Origin: Mytilus californianus
Lineage: Eukaryota
Direction: 5' to 3'
NCBI RefSeq assembly: GCF_021869535.1
Contig: NW_026262582.1
Span: 61,566,001 to 61,630,000, forward strand
Length of the DNA stretch: 64,000 bases
The position numbers were made by a program, and so were the translations under genes. Each line of letters opens with the position of its first letter. Positions within the stretch are counted from its first letter, which is position 1. Below the pieces are notes generated by a model. The model was given only the letters and a program-made list of their open reading frames with translations, was not told where the DNA came from and searched no databases. Positions 12,639 through 25,741 of the stretch are shown here, in pieces.

Positions 12639-13420
12639 ACGTACGTGTTTTTTTGTTTTTTTTTCTTTCTTTTTATTTTATCTTTTGTTTTATCACAGTT
12701 TTTTCTCTATTCGAAACATGTTATAAGCTATTTATCTATTTAATATTTTGTTATTATCACATCAGGTGCCAAATTAGAGAAGTGTCATAAACTGACATTA
12801 TACTAACAATAGGTCAAATGGTTGAAGTACAATACATGTACTTTTGGCCAATGCCAGCACATAAATGTGAAGATTTTTTATTTTCCATGTGAATAGTTAT
12901 TCTTTAAATCAAGTTTCAAAAATTAATTGGCCGTGAAATCAGTGCATTTTCATTACTATTTTGTCGGTAGGGATCAGTAGCTAGTATTGCACGTTACCTG
13001 TTATACCATGATGGACTTAATGTTATGGAAACCCTCAAAATGCATTTATTATTTGATATTTTGCCAATAACAGTCGTAAAAACACATTCATCAAACATAA
13101 TAATTTAATTGGATCCGTCAGTACGCCCTTCGATAAGTCCAGACGTACGTGTTTTTTGTTTGTTTGATGTTTTTTTTTGTGACAGTTGTTGCTCTAATCG
13201 ATACATGTTATAAACTTTTTTTTATTCAATGTTTTGGTATTATCACATCAGTAGGCAAATTAGAAAAGTGTCATAAAGTGACATTATACAAACAATTGGT
13301 CAAACGGATGACGTACAATACATGTACTTTTGGTCAATGCCAGCACATACAAGTAAAGATTTATAAATTTACACGTCAGTAGTTATTCTTTAGATCAAGT
13401 TCCAAGAATGAATGGGTATT
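12639..13420 (+). repeat. Diverged direct duplication, ~503-bp period
   Basis: gacgtacgtgttttt..gtacaatacatgtacttttgg..atgccagcacata..agttattcttta repeated from 12639 and from 13142. Confidence 0.75.
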
Positions 13421-14848
13421 AACATCTTTATGTTGTTAGAGTAGTAGCTAGCTAGTATAACACAAGCATACTTGTATGTACTCAAGATAAACCACGCGAA
13501 ATCTTTTCTCGGTTGTCTAGCCATTTCTATTTTTTCGATTAAGGGAGATAACTTGCGCAACTAACGTCGCTTGTTATTCATCCTGGACTCCGCTAGAGAT
13601 GCAATTACGTATACTTCGCCTTTAATAACTTTGGATTCATTTGTGTTTGTGCAGTACTGCTTTTGTATGTTCACAGGGTATATGGGGACCACAAATTGAA
13701 ATTCAAACATAATTTTAATTAAAGACTTGTATGACAAATTTTTCAATTATCCAAAGAACTACACAAAATGAAAATAAATGAACTTACATTGTGATGTTAT
13801 TATTTTTTTAGGGATATCCTGCATTTATCAATGGACATGCTGTATGCTAAAGTCATATTAACGAAAAGTCTCCCTTCTAAATTATTGTTAGATATCGTTT
13901 TGCATTAGACATAAAATCCTGATGAACATTAGATATACCCATGGAACTTACACTCTTAGGGGTATATCAAATAACAAAATTAGTTAACAATCGTAAAGAT
14001 GAATATTCATAAGTGGAGTATCAAATTTAAAAGGCTGTTTTTCGAAAACTAGAACATGAAAATGTTCATTAAAAAAAGCTATCGGAAATCCTCGGGTGTA
14101 TCCGCTACTCTCCATGAAGGTACGGAATCGGCCGAGTTGTGACGAATGTAAAAAAAGAAATCAAAGAAATAAGTGTTCTTGAAAGACTATATGTAGACAA
14201 ATTTCGCCAACTCTGAATAAATGTTTCACCTATACATTAAATGACAAATTTATTTCTAAAGAGATCATCGCGTAGTGTAAAATACGTTATAGTGCATTTG
14301 CAAAAACCATAAACCTTATTAATGTTGTACCAAGTACTTCTGCCTAATTAGAAAAAATGGATTAATTAATTGATAAATTGAAAACTTATTCAACTTTTTT
14401 TTATAACAAACTTTTCTTTAATAAAACGTTGATGAATAAGAAACTATTAAGAAACTTCCAACTCCCTCTGTCAAAGTTGACCTTGAATAAATTTGGCTAT
14501 TGTGTTGGGTCCCGTTTGGTCAAATAGCTCCTCTTGTGTTTTGGTCTTATACATCTCTGACTTTCAAATATTTTGGTTTGGACGTTCCTGATGAAGGTAA
14601 ATCCATAAAAGCTCATCGTATGCAACAAATAAGTAGTGTTTTTTTTTTCATTTACAGTCACTTCTTATATCGTAAATCTTTTACTTAATTTACGTTTTGG
14701 TATTTAAAGTAAAATGGTCAAATTTATACATCATCATCATCGAATCTTTATCTTATTTATTGCACATTATATAATCCTAATCACTGCAGATAAATACAAT
14801 TCTTAAATTTGCCTGGATGCACGCATGGGGAGACAATGTATATTTTTT

Positions 14849-15044
14849 TTAAGGATAGACAGTCTTGGCTGGGCTGTCCAAACCTATGTAGACTAGGTTC
14901 TTTGCATCAGCGATTACTCGTACACCCAGATAGGAGATGAAACCATCAATAGTGAAGCCAAGTCCTGAAGCTTCAACGATCTTCTTGTACGCTTCAGCCT
15001 CTTTTTTATACTGGGCAATAATAGACTGGGCCTCTGTCACAGCT
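14849..15044 (-). CDS. SPFH-A terminal exon 6 (..GFISYLGVRVIADAKNLVYIGLDSPAKTVYP*)
   Basis: 196 nt ending in TAA, homologous to 39214-39409. Confidence 0.9.
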
Positions 15045-18000
15045 CTAAAATAATAATAAAAAAGTAATAAGCATCAATCATTAAATCGCTTTACCTAGTG
15101 CGATTGATAAGGTTGGCCTTTACCATTGTGCACTCGTTTATTGTTGACATTTAGAAGTCTTTTTTTTTGTACACTTGTGTCGATAAGATTTAAAAGTATT
15201 TTCTTTGATTTTATCTTTTACAATTCAGTCATCTTTGCATTCCTAAAAGAAATAATTGCTCACAACAGGCAGGTGAAAATGACAAAATTACCTTCTATAA
15301 AACGTTCTCTTACCTGTTAGCTAAAATACGAGTATCAGATTCTGCCTTGTCAATAATAATCTTGGCATTTGTTTCAGCTTCACGTTTCTGTGTCTCAGCC
15401 TCTGTCAAAAGTCGCGGACGTTCGTTGTTAGCCACCCGTATGTCTTCTCTGGCCTTTTCTTTACTCCTTATGGCACTCTCGTATTCTGTTGGTCGAGCAA
15501 TGTTGTTCACCTTAAATATATACCATTGTTTAGCAACATCATATGCTATGTGGATGGTTGCCAAATTACGTGTGAAATTTCTTTGGTTTTGATTGCAGTG
15601 CAATATTACTTTCAAAGAATGACGGTATTATACCAAAAGGGTTATAGTACACACACGGTGGCTAAGTTTAAACTATCTAGGTGGTGATTTTGAAGCGTGA
15701 ATGCTGGTGAATTTTAGGGCTGTAATTTAAAATTTCTCTCTAAATATCCCAAAGTTTAATATGAAATGGTGATTAATTAATAGTGTTGTCATTGGCAATC
15801 ATCAGCAATTACCATGTTTCACTCAAAACTAACAATAGTGATTTTTAACTTAATTATCTGATGTTTCTTGCACTCACTAATATATGCATTAAAACTTGAG
15901 AACTGGTGAATGTTATTCAGTACAAAATTTGTATTGCACTTCATGCAGTATTGTAGTTCTACTTTTGTCAAATATAAACACCTTTACATCATTGTACATG
16001 GAATTAAACAGTAAAACAGTCAATTCCGCTCAATCCGGTGATAGGGGCCGTCTTAAACTTACTGTTAGGTGAGAGTTTGTTTGCACCGTGTTGAAGGCCT
16101 CGATGTGACTTTGAGATGAAGAATAACAATAAAAGCGCTGTTCCTTTGCTTTTTGTGTTTTTTTGCTGTGCACATACTGATTTTGAATCATTGATGGATA
16201 CCCATGTCCTTTCTTTGCTAATACTCCGTTTAAATATATTCAGATTCAATAAGAGTTGTACCGCAGATGATTATGCGTTAGTTATTATCTATTTTCACTC
16301 TGTAGCGTGTAGAAATCAAAATCAATCCAAGTGGGCAACATAAGTTATTTTTCTAATGTGAGTTATGAAATAAGACTGTTATGCACAATTAATGTGCATA
16401 CAGTGAAAATAGGATGATTCAGACTGTTATGCACAATTAATGTGCATACAGTGAAAACAGGGTGATTCAGTAAAATAGATCCATCTTGAAGATGAATACT
16501 GGTTATTGAGAGTGATTCATTCTGAACTATATCTATGTATACTCCTCAGTAAACATAAGACTGATTGATGTTTGTCTAACGTTCAACGGTAAATATAACA
16601 TGCATCAGGAACCTGATGTTCAGTGGTTGTCGTTTGTTGATGTGGTTCATAAGTGTTTCTCGTTTCTCGTTTTTTATATAGATTAGACCGTTGGTTTTCC
16701 TGTTTGAATGGTTTTACACTAGTCGTTTGTAGGGCCCTTTATAGCTTGCTGTTCGGTGTGAGCCAAGGCTCTGTGTTGAAATCCGTACTTTGACCTATAA
16801 TGGTTAACTTTTACAAATTGTGACTTGGATGGAGAGTTGTCTCATTGGCACTCATACCACATCTTCTTATATCTATATACAGGTTGGTGCAGGTTGGTAA
16901 CATGCTGATTAACATGATTTAAATGCGCACTGCTTTATAGTAGAAAGACACTTAGCTAGCTCATAAAGGTATAATCCGAAGTGCGACGTGTCAGCCTACC
17001 TAGACCCGTCTTTGCTCTTGGTCATAAACGCCGAAAGCACAGTTTTTCTGGGTTTGGAATGATGTGAATTGAACAGAAGAAAGAGTGGTTTCTAACATGT
17101 ATGAGTTTATTGTATTTGTCAGCAGTTATATTCAAAAAGAGTGTTCTTATCTTTGTCAGTCATTTGGGATGATTCAGTCTATGTTGAACTTTTGAACTTG
17201 TGCTATGGGCTCTATGTCTCATCTATAATCATCTCCTTTTATTAATATATATATATTTCAAAATGTTAACAAAATCCACTCACTTGCAAATCTGTAATTT
17301 CTGCGTTTACTTTTTTATATCTGACCATTATTTGATCCTTGACCTTTTCCTGAAAATTGGCACGCTCTGCTGCAAACTGAGATGTGTTAAAATAGCTACA
17401 TGACTCATGAATAGCAGATTCTCCTTAAAAAGAAATATTTATTCATAAAGGTTGCTACATCTTAAAAAAAAGTTATACATTTAAGATATTGATATGTTTA
17501 CCACGTCTTAGATTGTGGTTTACCGAGTGTGATTTCGCATTGCTATACGACGTGTCTCGTTATTTATGCATCCAACATTCATGTATTTAGTTATGATGTT
17601 TCTTTTGTGTCGGTTTGCGAGGAACAATTTTGCTAGATTTCAATAATACTACAATATTTATGATCAATTCATATATTGTTTAAAGTACGTTTGGATATTG
17701 TGTTATTTCTTATCGTTTGTGTTTTGAATTCTGTATTTTCGGTACATTTCACAAATGTCTTATTTGTCAGTATAGTCGAGTTAATTTCCATTGTCCATGG
17801 ATTAAGTATTGTGGTAGTCCAAATAATTATGACGTCGTCACAGCATTAATTTAAAATAGCCTTTCAAGACCGTCATAGTCATGATAATTGTTTGGACTAG
17901 AATATCAAAATAATTGTGAATTTTTCGTTCCATATAATTGTATGAATTTCAAGTTTATATATCTGTCACAAAAATACGTCACTTTTTGTGGCGTTAATCC

Positions 18001-21000
18001 ATTCATGTGACGCGCAGTTTGTGGTGTCCTGTGCTGTCGGTAATGGGAGATGTCCGTTGTTATCTGCGGTTTACATGTTTTATGTACTATTATATTTTTT
18101 AGTTATGTATTTCTCCGTGCTGAGTGTTCTTGCGTTTGTTTGTATCGTATTTCTGTCACGTAGTGTTGTCATTTTAGCGATATTTTTTAACATTGCCATA
18201 TAAGCGGGAGGTTTGGCTAGCCATAAAACCAGGTTCAATCCACCATTTTTTCATAAATTGTCCTGTACCAAGTCAGGAATATGGCAGTTGTTATCAAATA
18301 GTCCGTTTCTAAGTATGTTGGCGTTTGTTTTTGTTGCAGTTCAGTGTTTCTGTTATTCCGTTGTTTTCCTCTCATAGTTGATGTGTTTACTTTGGTTTTA
18401 GTTTGTAACACGGAATTGTTTTCTCTTAATCGATTTATGATTTTGAACAGCGGTATACTACTGTTGCCTTTATTTACTGTGGTTTGCTTCCAGAGGAGGT
18501 TTTTACACTCGTATAACTAGTTAATCATTGTATTATGGAGTAGAATGGATCCATTGTGCATCAAATCATGACACAAAATCCATTAAAGCGCTGGACAATT
18601 TGCAAAAATTAGGAACAGTGATTTCATAGCAGTTCGTCATCACAAAGTTACAATAAAGCCTTTAAAAGAGGGACGAAAGATACCAGAGGGACAGTCAAAC
18701 TCATAGATCGAAAACAAACTGACAACGCCATGGCCAAAAATAAAAAGACAAACAGACAAATGATAGTACAGATGACACAACATAGAAAACTAAAGACTAA
18801 GCAACACGAACCCCACCAAAAACTGGGGGTGATCTCAGGTGCTCCGAAAGGGTAAGCAGATCCTGCTCCACATGTGGCAACCAACTCACACCTCACTGCA
18901 AGGTCAAGACGGTTACTACTGAGCACTAATTTAAGCGGAATTCTTTGCTTAATGTCATTGAAGCTACGTCTGTTCATTGAAGCACAAAATTGTGTGGTAA
19001 TACAAACATAATTCCTTACCAGGAGTTTCGCCCATATTTACTGTTTATCTTCGTTGATATATAGTTGAAGTTACCATTAAATAAAAAATGTCCTTTATTG
19101 GGTCTTTTAAAAAAAATGAAAAAGTATGTGGTGACATTTTGCTTTCTTACATTTCATAGTTGAGGTTAACTGTTAATCCATTGCAACCAATCGTCATGAC
19201 TTAATCAAAAATGAAGTGTCGAAGTAAAAAATAAACGTAAAATGCAAGAAATATCCACAGCAGCTTTTTTCGCTATCATTCATATAATGTCTAAAGGGAA
19301 AAAAGAAATAAAATTGTTACAAAAGAACTTCATTTATGTGAAAATGAGACTGCGTGAAATGTTCTAATAATTCGTACAAAATACCTTCATATCTGAGAAA
19401 TTTCGTGTAACCATCTTTATCCCTGAATTCAAGAATGATATCCCTAAGTTTGTCCGATCTGACTTTGTATTGATAGCTAACATAAAGGACAATTTTTACA
19501 CCATCTTTGTTTAAACTCTGAAACAGAATACAGTAAAATATTACAGAAATAATTACCTTAAAGACTATAAAGGGTCTGTACATTTATTTCACATATAATA
19601 TTTCAACTTGAAGAAGGAAAAGACTCCAAGTTAGGAATATGACAGTTCTTTTCCATTCGTTTGATGTGTTTGAGCTTTTAATTTTGCCATTTGATAAGGG
19701 ACTTTCCGTTTTGAATTTTCCTTGTAGTTCGATATTTTTGTCATTTTACTTTTGATTCAAGTTCAATCTCCTTTGTAAAATCTTTTCAATTCTTTGGAAT
19801 AGATAGGTTTCGAATAACGTAATCTGAGTTTGAGTTATTTCCCCTGACCGCCATTTTGGAGGGATAAACGATTGATTTTCTCATTTGACTAATCAAATTG
19901 AAATATGGGATACACACAAGTCTGATAAGAGATCCTTACTCGATAGTAATGATGAATTAAGCAAGGCTAAAAGAAATAAAAACTGTCCAGAAAAACACTT
20001 TTTTACAAAGTCTAATAATCAGTATAACAAGTTGAGCTTGGCTGATTCATGAAGGAATTTGCGAACGCAGCCCTCCAACGAAAGGGGAGCAAGTCTTGCT
20101 CTAATTCTGATATGATTATCTGATTATAATGTTCATTATTTGTATTACTATCTGATTATTATGTCCCTTATTTGTATTGATATCTGAATATTACGTATCT
20201 TTTTTTTAAAGATATTAGATTAGTATGTTTCTTATTTGTATTGATATAAGATTAGTGTGTCCCTTATGTGTAATGATAACAGATCACTATGTGTCTTATT
20301 TGTATTGGTATAAGATTAGTATGTCCCTTATTTGTAAAGATATCAGATCATTATATGTCTTATTTGTATTGACATCAGATTATTATGTCTTTTGATATAT
20401 ATTGATATCAGATTATTATGTTTTTTATTAGTATTGATATCAGATTATTATGTTTTTTATTAGCATTAATATCAGATTATTATGTTTTTTATTAGTATTG
20501 ATATCAGATTATTATGTTTTTTATTAGTATTGATATCAGATTATTATGTTTTTTATCAGTATTGATATCAGATCATTTGAAATTCCTTTTGGTTTCATTT
20601 AAGACTTGTTTTGTTTCGCTGCTGTCTTACTGAAATCAACCCATTATCAGATTTTATTCATGAAATAAAAACTAAATATACATATTGAAACAAGCTATTA
20701 TACACGTATAGATATATGTCTTGTTTCTAGCAGGTCATATTTAAGCTACATGTATATGTAAAGAATGCGACAACGAAATGAACCCCGTTATGTATTGTGC
20801 ATCTAACATGGCTCATCTGGCTTTGTTTCACCATGCGAGACAACAAGGAAGCAATGACGCCCCAACTTACATCTTAAATCATAAAATGAGCAATCTTAGA
20901 TGTACTACGCTGAGAAACAGCAAACAAACTTTAAAAGATAACAAACTATGGCCCACGAGGTGCGCACGCAACCACAAATTTGTAAAGGTGGTAACGAAAG

Positions 21001-22909
21001 TAAATTGATTGAATATATCAACAGTGGAAAATAGTTTCTTTATATTCTAGACGAGAACAATATATTTAAAAAATTGGTTCTGTCTTGTGGTTCACCATGG
21101 ATGAATGGAGAGAAAGTTTAGACAGATATTTGAAAAAGAGGGGCTTACATTTTGCCTTGCAAGAGGACACCTACATATCACGAAGTTTTTTTGTGAGGAT
21201 TTGGTAACATGTAAAGAGTGGTGCAATCTACCTACACAAGTCATCGGATTTAACGTCACCATTACGTCTAGATGTAGCTGCGTATTTAAACATCCCACAC
21301 AGGCCATTTTAGTCCCTCTTAAGCATTTACTGCAGGACGGTGAGAGTCCAGGCATGACCATATTTTATAATTCAATAAAAAAATAATATTTACTTCTAGG
21401 TGATTGAATGTAAGTGATGTGTATACACTTGGAAATTTGATGAATTTAAATCCTGGAAGTCCTGTGTGTAAACCTTCTCTTTCTGTGGTATTTTCTAACT
21501 TTTTCAGAATTGTATCGTACTTTATACCAACTATAAATATAAAAAGAAAATGACTTATAATATTTGCTTTTGTAAATAATTTTCTTATGACTTATTTGTT
21601 CTTTCGTTCAAAAAGCAGGTAGAGGCTCGGGGGAACCTGTATTGATCACCTGGTAAATTTGCATAACATTGATACATTGCAATATCTATGTATATATATA
21701 TATATAACGTTGTTTTCAATTTAGACTTGTTTATATTTTTTCGTTTGGGCTTGTATTATATTTGCCTTCGGGTTTATATAATCCGTTCATCCTATTTTGA
21801 CTCTTTCAAAATTCAAGAGTCTATCCTAAATTGAGGTAAATTATATGGCCTTCCAAATACCGTTTCGATTCCTAACATCACTGAAGAGACATTAATTGTC
21901 GAAATCCGGATATGGTGTACAAAAACCTTTGCACCTTTTGTTTGCGGTATACCATATATATACTTTTTCACTCATTTGGTCTTTTGAAAAATGTTATTTG
22001 TGCTGTATTTAGACCCCTCTACCAAGAAATTTGTTTTGCATGCACACGTATAAAAATTGCGGTTTTTATCCAACGCAATCATAGGATAGAACGTTGTTTT
22101 CAATTTAGACTTGTTTATATATATAAGAATATTTGGCTTGAAAACAAACTACATGTGCCAAATGTTGGACTGAGGAGTCGATTGAAGATTCATTTACTTT
22201 GACTTATTAGTAGATATTGTTTTGCTATTATTAGTTATATTTTAGGAAATTAGGTAAAACGCTTAAATTGGTCAAAATCATTTAACTCCAATATGCAGTC
22301 GACTGACAATTTTTGTCATTTTTGTGTGTTTATAGGTCTGATATGGTGATCGTTCGGTTGGTCATTCGGAGCAGTAAATCCCATAAAGAGAAGACTTACG
22401 ATTTCGATGATATGATTTATTTATAGATCTAATTATTCTGATAACGTGATCATTTCTGTTTTTACAGTTTCTTTCTGTTTACACTATCCGCAAAAAGACA
22501 AAAATATCTTAAAACCGCCAGTATTTATGAAAAGCAATTCTCTCATTTAATTTCAACTAATTCTATCGTTTAATGTGTTTTCAATATGGAAAAACTTAAC
22601 TTTCCCCTATATAACTCATCTAAAATAAATGTGATATCGTTAATTTCAATGTATTTAACAAAATACCAAGGTCCGTGACCTACAGTTTTCATATCGAAAT
22701 TTGAAAGCACAATGACCCAGAACTTTTTTACATAAGTTTGAGAAAAATCTGTTATCGAACATTTAAACACCCAAGCTACCATAACAGTATATTTTCATCT
22801 TACTTTCGTCTGATGCCAGTTTCTTGAGTGAAGTTGCTACTACTGCTATCAACGTGATAATTACAACCAGGACAATGACAGTGACAATAATGCACTTACA
22901 GCTACACAT
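14849..22909 (-). CDS. SPFH/band-7 domain membrane protein, paralog A (6 coding exons, 302 aa)
   Basis: Exons 22909-22804, 21530-21394, 19517-19385, 17423-17284, 15510-15314 and 15044-14849, all GT-AG, total 909 nt with no internal stop. N-terminal TM helix, then an SPFH-like core (SLNKDGVKIVLYVSYQYKV..ESAIHESCSYF..ITDLQVNNIARP), then an Ala/Glu-rich coiled coil (EAETQKREAETNAKIIIDKAE). Same exon lengths as paralog B except exon 1. Confidence 0.88.
15314..15510 (-). CDS. SPFH-A exon 5 (coiled-coil region)
   Basis: 197 nt, AG/GTAAGA boundaries, homologous to 40338-40534. Confidence 0.9.
16373..16470 (+). repeat. 48-bp tandem duplication containing the palindrome atgcacaattaatgtgcat
   Basis: agactgttatgcacaattaatgtgcatacagtgaaaa occurs at 16373 and 16421. 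Confidence 0.85.
16610..16875 (+). repeat. High-copy interspersed repeat
   Basis: The tail ggagagttgtctcattggcactcataccacatcttcttat recurs near 9865-9920 and, reversed, near 55945-56025. Confidence 0.65.
17284..17423 (-). CDS. SPFH-A exon 4 (ESAIHESCSYFNTSQFAAERANFQEKV..ITDLQ)
   Basis: 140 nt, AG/GTGAGT boundaries, homologous to 42030-42169. Confidence 0.88.
18655..18885 (+). repeat. High-copy interspersed repeat
   Basis: Related reversed, diverged copies at about 61850, 62085 and 62270; partial match near 24945. Confidence 0.65.
19385..19517 (-). CDS. SPFH-A exon 3 (SLNKDGVKIVLYVSYQYKVRSDKLRD..)
   Basis: 133 nt, AG/GT boundaries, homologous to 42887-43019. Confidence 0.88.
19625..19755 (-). 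repeat. High-copy repeat copy (GGGACTTTCC at 19698-19707)
   Basis: Reverse-complement match to 11545-11670. Confidence 0.8.
20119..20575 (+). repeat. 32-bp minisatellite, about 14 units, in SPFH-A intron 2
   Basis: Unit tattgatatcagattattatgttttttattag. Units are more homogeneous at the right end and more diverged at the left. Confidence 0.9.
21394..21530 (-). CDS. SPFH-A exon 2 (GIKYDTILKK..GLHTGLPGFKFIKFPSVY)
   Basis: 137 nt, AG/GTAAAT boundaries, homologous to 47673-47809. Confidence 0.88.
21810..22130 (+). repeat. Internally deleted copy of the 3245-3695 repeat
   Basis: Same 5' and 3' blocks but lacks the central segment. Confidence 0.75.
22804..22909 (-). CDS. SPFH-A coding exon 1 (signal anchor MCSCKCIIVTVIVLVVIITLIAVVATSLKKLASDE)
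   Basis: ATG at 22909, acceptor AG 15 nt upstream, donor GTAAGA after 22804, phase 1. Confidence 0.85.
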
Positions 22910-23444
22910 CTTGTTTTATGTATTCTGTAAAAATATAATAGGTGTAAACAAATAACTAAAACATTACTAATTGATTTCATACTTCCAAAACAAACAGTAT
23001 GGACATGGTGGAGGCAATGTGATTTAGTGAGCAAGCATTATTAAATTCAGACTATATCTCCTGTTGAAATCAGTTAGAAACATTTAAAAGATAAAACGAT
23101 ATGCCTACTTATCGATCCTAAACTTTTCAACATTAAAGCGGACACGCAGGTATCATTTTTGTTTTTTGCCGAAGATGATTTAACTTAATCAACAATTTTA
23201 TGAATTGAGGAAAATGTGTTAACTGGACACTATTGCGCTCTCCTCCCAGATGCAACAAATTTAACAAAAACCTTTTATTTACCCATGCATTTTACCTTGG
23301 TAATACAAACATTCTGCTTGGATTTACTTTTTCAACCATTCGGAAGATCCACAAAACCAATTGGTCAACGATTAGTTATATGTACAATGAACACTGTAGA
23401 AGGAGAAGATCAGCAAATTTCCTTGATCCATATTAAATAAATTC

Positions 23445-23740
23445 ATCATAGATACCAGGATTAAAATGTGTAAGCAAGACGCGCGTCTCGTCTATAAAAG
23501 ACTCATCATCAGTGACGCTCAAATCAAAAAAAATTAAAAAGGCCAAGTAAAGTACGAAGTTGAAGAGCATTGAGGACCCGAAATTCGAAAAGTTTTTGTC
23601 AAATACAGCTAAGGTAACCATTCCTGGGGTAGAAAATCCTTAGTATTTCGAAAAATTTATAGTTTTATAATCAGTTTATTTATAATTATGATAAATCCTG
23701 TCAACACAGAAGTGCTGACTACTGGACTGATGATACTCTC
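23445..23740 (+). repeat. High-copy interspersed repeat
   Basis: The head aattcatcatagataccaggattaaaat..cgcg..tcgtcta.aaaagact recurs at about 32690-32775 and 34520-34580. Confidence 0.65.
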
Positions 23741-23959
23741 GGAGTGTGATTTATGCTTTTTGATATGTTGTATTAAAAGCGTATCATTTTCTAATTCAAA
23801 CTTTTCTTCCCATATATTCTCATTTGGTCAAACTATACCCCTAAGAGGCCCTGCATAAGTGGTCTACAGCCATAGCATGATTTTAAAAAATGTTATAAGA
23901 GAATAAAAAATATATTTAAGGTGAACTTAACATGTTTTGTGTTTCTATTTCATATAGCT

Positions 23960-24790
23960 ATAGATACTAGCTACGGAGTAACAGGGTATATAGTTTTGAC
24001 CAGTCCGTCAGTCATTCAGTTCATCAGTCTAGGATTCTAACTCAAAACGTTTATATTTGATTGCATCCTTGCTTTGATATACTTTGATATATGTGTTCAT
24101 ACAATGAGAGGATGAACTCTATAAATTTGCACATCACAAAGGTGAGATCAAAATAACTAAAAATAGACCGAATTTCTTCCAAAATGGTGGTTACAGGATG
24201 TCACAACAAATACTGTATATGGGATTATCACATATTATAAGAGGATGATATCTGTTGATTTTGAAGTCACTATTTCAAGGGTCAAGGTCATAGTTGCAAA
24301 AGATATACTGAAATTTGGACAGAAAACTTGTTTCCGAATGGTGAATCAAATACTTAATATGGAATTACAATCGTACCTAGATATATATGGTCATATATAG
24401 TGAGAGGTAAATCTCTAATAATTTTGGGGTCTCTTTGTATAAGGTCAAGGTCATAGTTACTAAAAATTGTACAAAAAACGGGTTCCTTGTGTTAAATTAC
24501 ATAAACAACATAATTAAGGTATTGCAATTATACTTGAATGTATCATCACATTTAATGACAGCCAAGGTCAAATTTAAATCACGGTCTAAATGCCTAAAAA
24601 CTAAAATTTGTAAAAAGGGCACATCATATGTGATTGCAACCTTATTTGGATATGTGGCAATAAATATTAAGAGGATGTAGAGGAAGATCCCTATTGATTG
24701 TGTAGTCACGTGATCTAAGGTCAAGGTAATACTTATTAATAAAAAATGGCTGAAAGCAATATTACTGTCTTAATCATAATCATGATTTAT
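23960..24790 (-). mobile_element. Degraded Helentron-associated (HINE/DINE-1-like) element
   Basis: Reversed 3' end (gggtatatagttttgaccagtccgtcagtc) resembling 46885-46930, followed by diverged tandem units with aaggtcaaggtca. Confidence 0.45.
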
Positions 24791-25741
24791 ATGAGGATGA
24801 GCAGTATGACTGCTTGCTTGCTTAGTTAAAGGTTCTTCACATTATTTTCCCAAGATATAAGAAATCAATTATTTAAGACTTTTCAAACTATGATCCAAAT
24901 TAATAGATTGTTCAAATAAAAAATATTGACATAAAAGAGAGGCGAAAGATACCAATGGGACTTTCAAGCTCATAAGGTAAAGCGTGTACTAATATGTAGA
25001 TGCACGAATTACCCCCACCTCCTTGAAACATTTATGCATTGAAATCGCAAAAATGATAACCCGGGAAAAAAATTGACCTTTTTTAGAAAAAAAATTATTA
25101 ATAATTTCATATTCATATGAAAGTTATTTGCCAACAAGTAACTCATAAACATGTATATGTCTTTTATCATTATGAAATGGAACAAAGTCTTTAGGTTCTC
25201 TTTTAAAACATGTATTTCGAAATAAAAACCGAATAACACAAGCAATCATATAGTTATTATCACTGTAGCACTTTGAGGTGTCCTTTCTGCTCATAAGTCC
25301 TGTATACAGGATTCATTTTATTCCCCAGATCATTTTGTATCTGTTTCTCTTGTACAAATTGACAAATTGTCAAAAAACAATTGTTAACATATTCCAGAGT
25401 ATAAAAGATTATTAAAGTATATCTATATTAAGGATCACTACAGGCTATTTAGAGGGGGATTCCTTTAGATGTATGAGATTGTCTCGTCATCAATGTGCGT
25501 ACAACGTTGATGGACACATAATGTTGTGCCGTTACGTCTCGTTTCATTAAACATTTTTAATAAGGTAACATGACTTGATTATGTACGATCTTCTCCATTA
25601 TTCAGATATTCCTTTAACTGTCAAAAAGTATGAAAAAAAATGTGCTTTATTTCAATATTTTTACCAGAAATTGACAACTATATTTCATTCATAGATTGCT
25701 TAATGGTAAAACCGTAGGGATATAAAAATAAAAAAGGCATT

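Noticed and set aside
20119-20575. CRISPR-like periodicity (32 bp)
   Set aside because: Units are contiguous with no unique spacers, there are no cas genes, and the context is a eukaryotic intron
21092-21386. GC-richer segment with ORFs on both strands beside SPFH-A exon 2
   Set aside because: No recognisable motif and no counterpart in SPFH-B; possibly a TE remnant, but I cannot support a call
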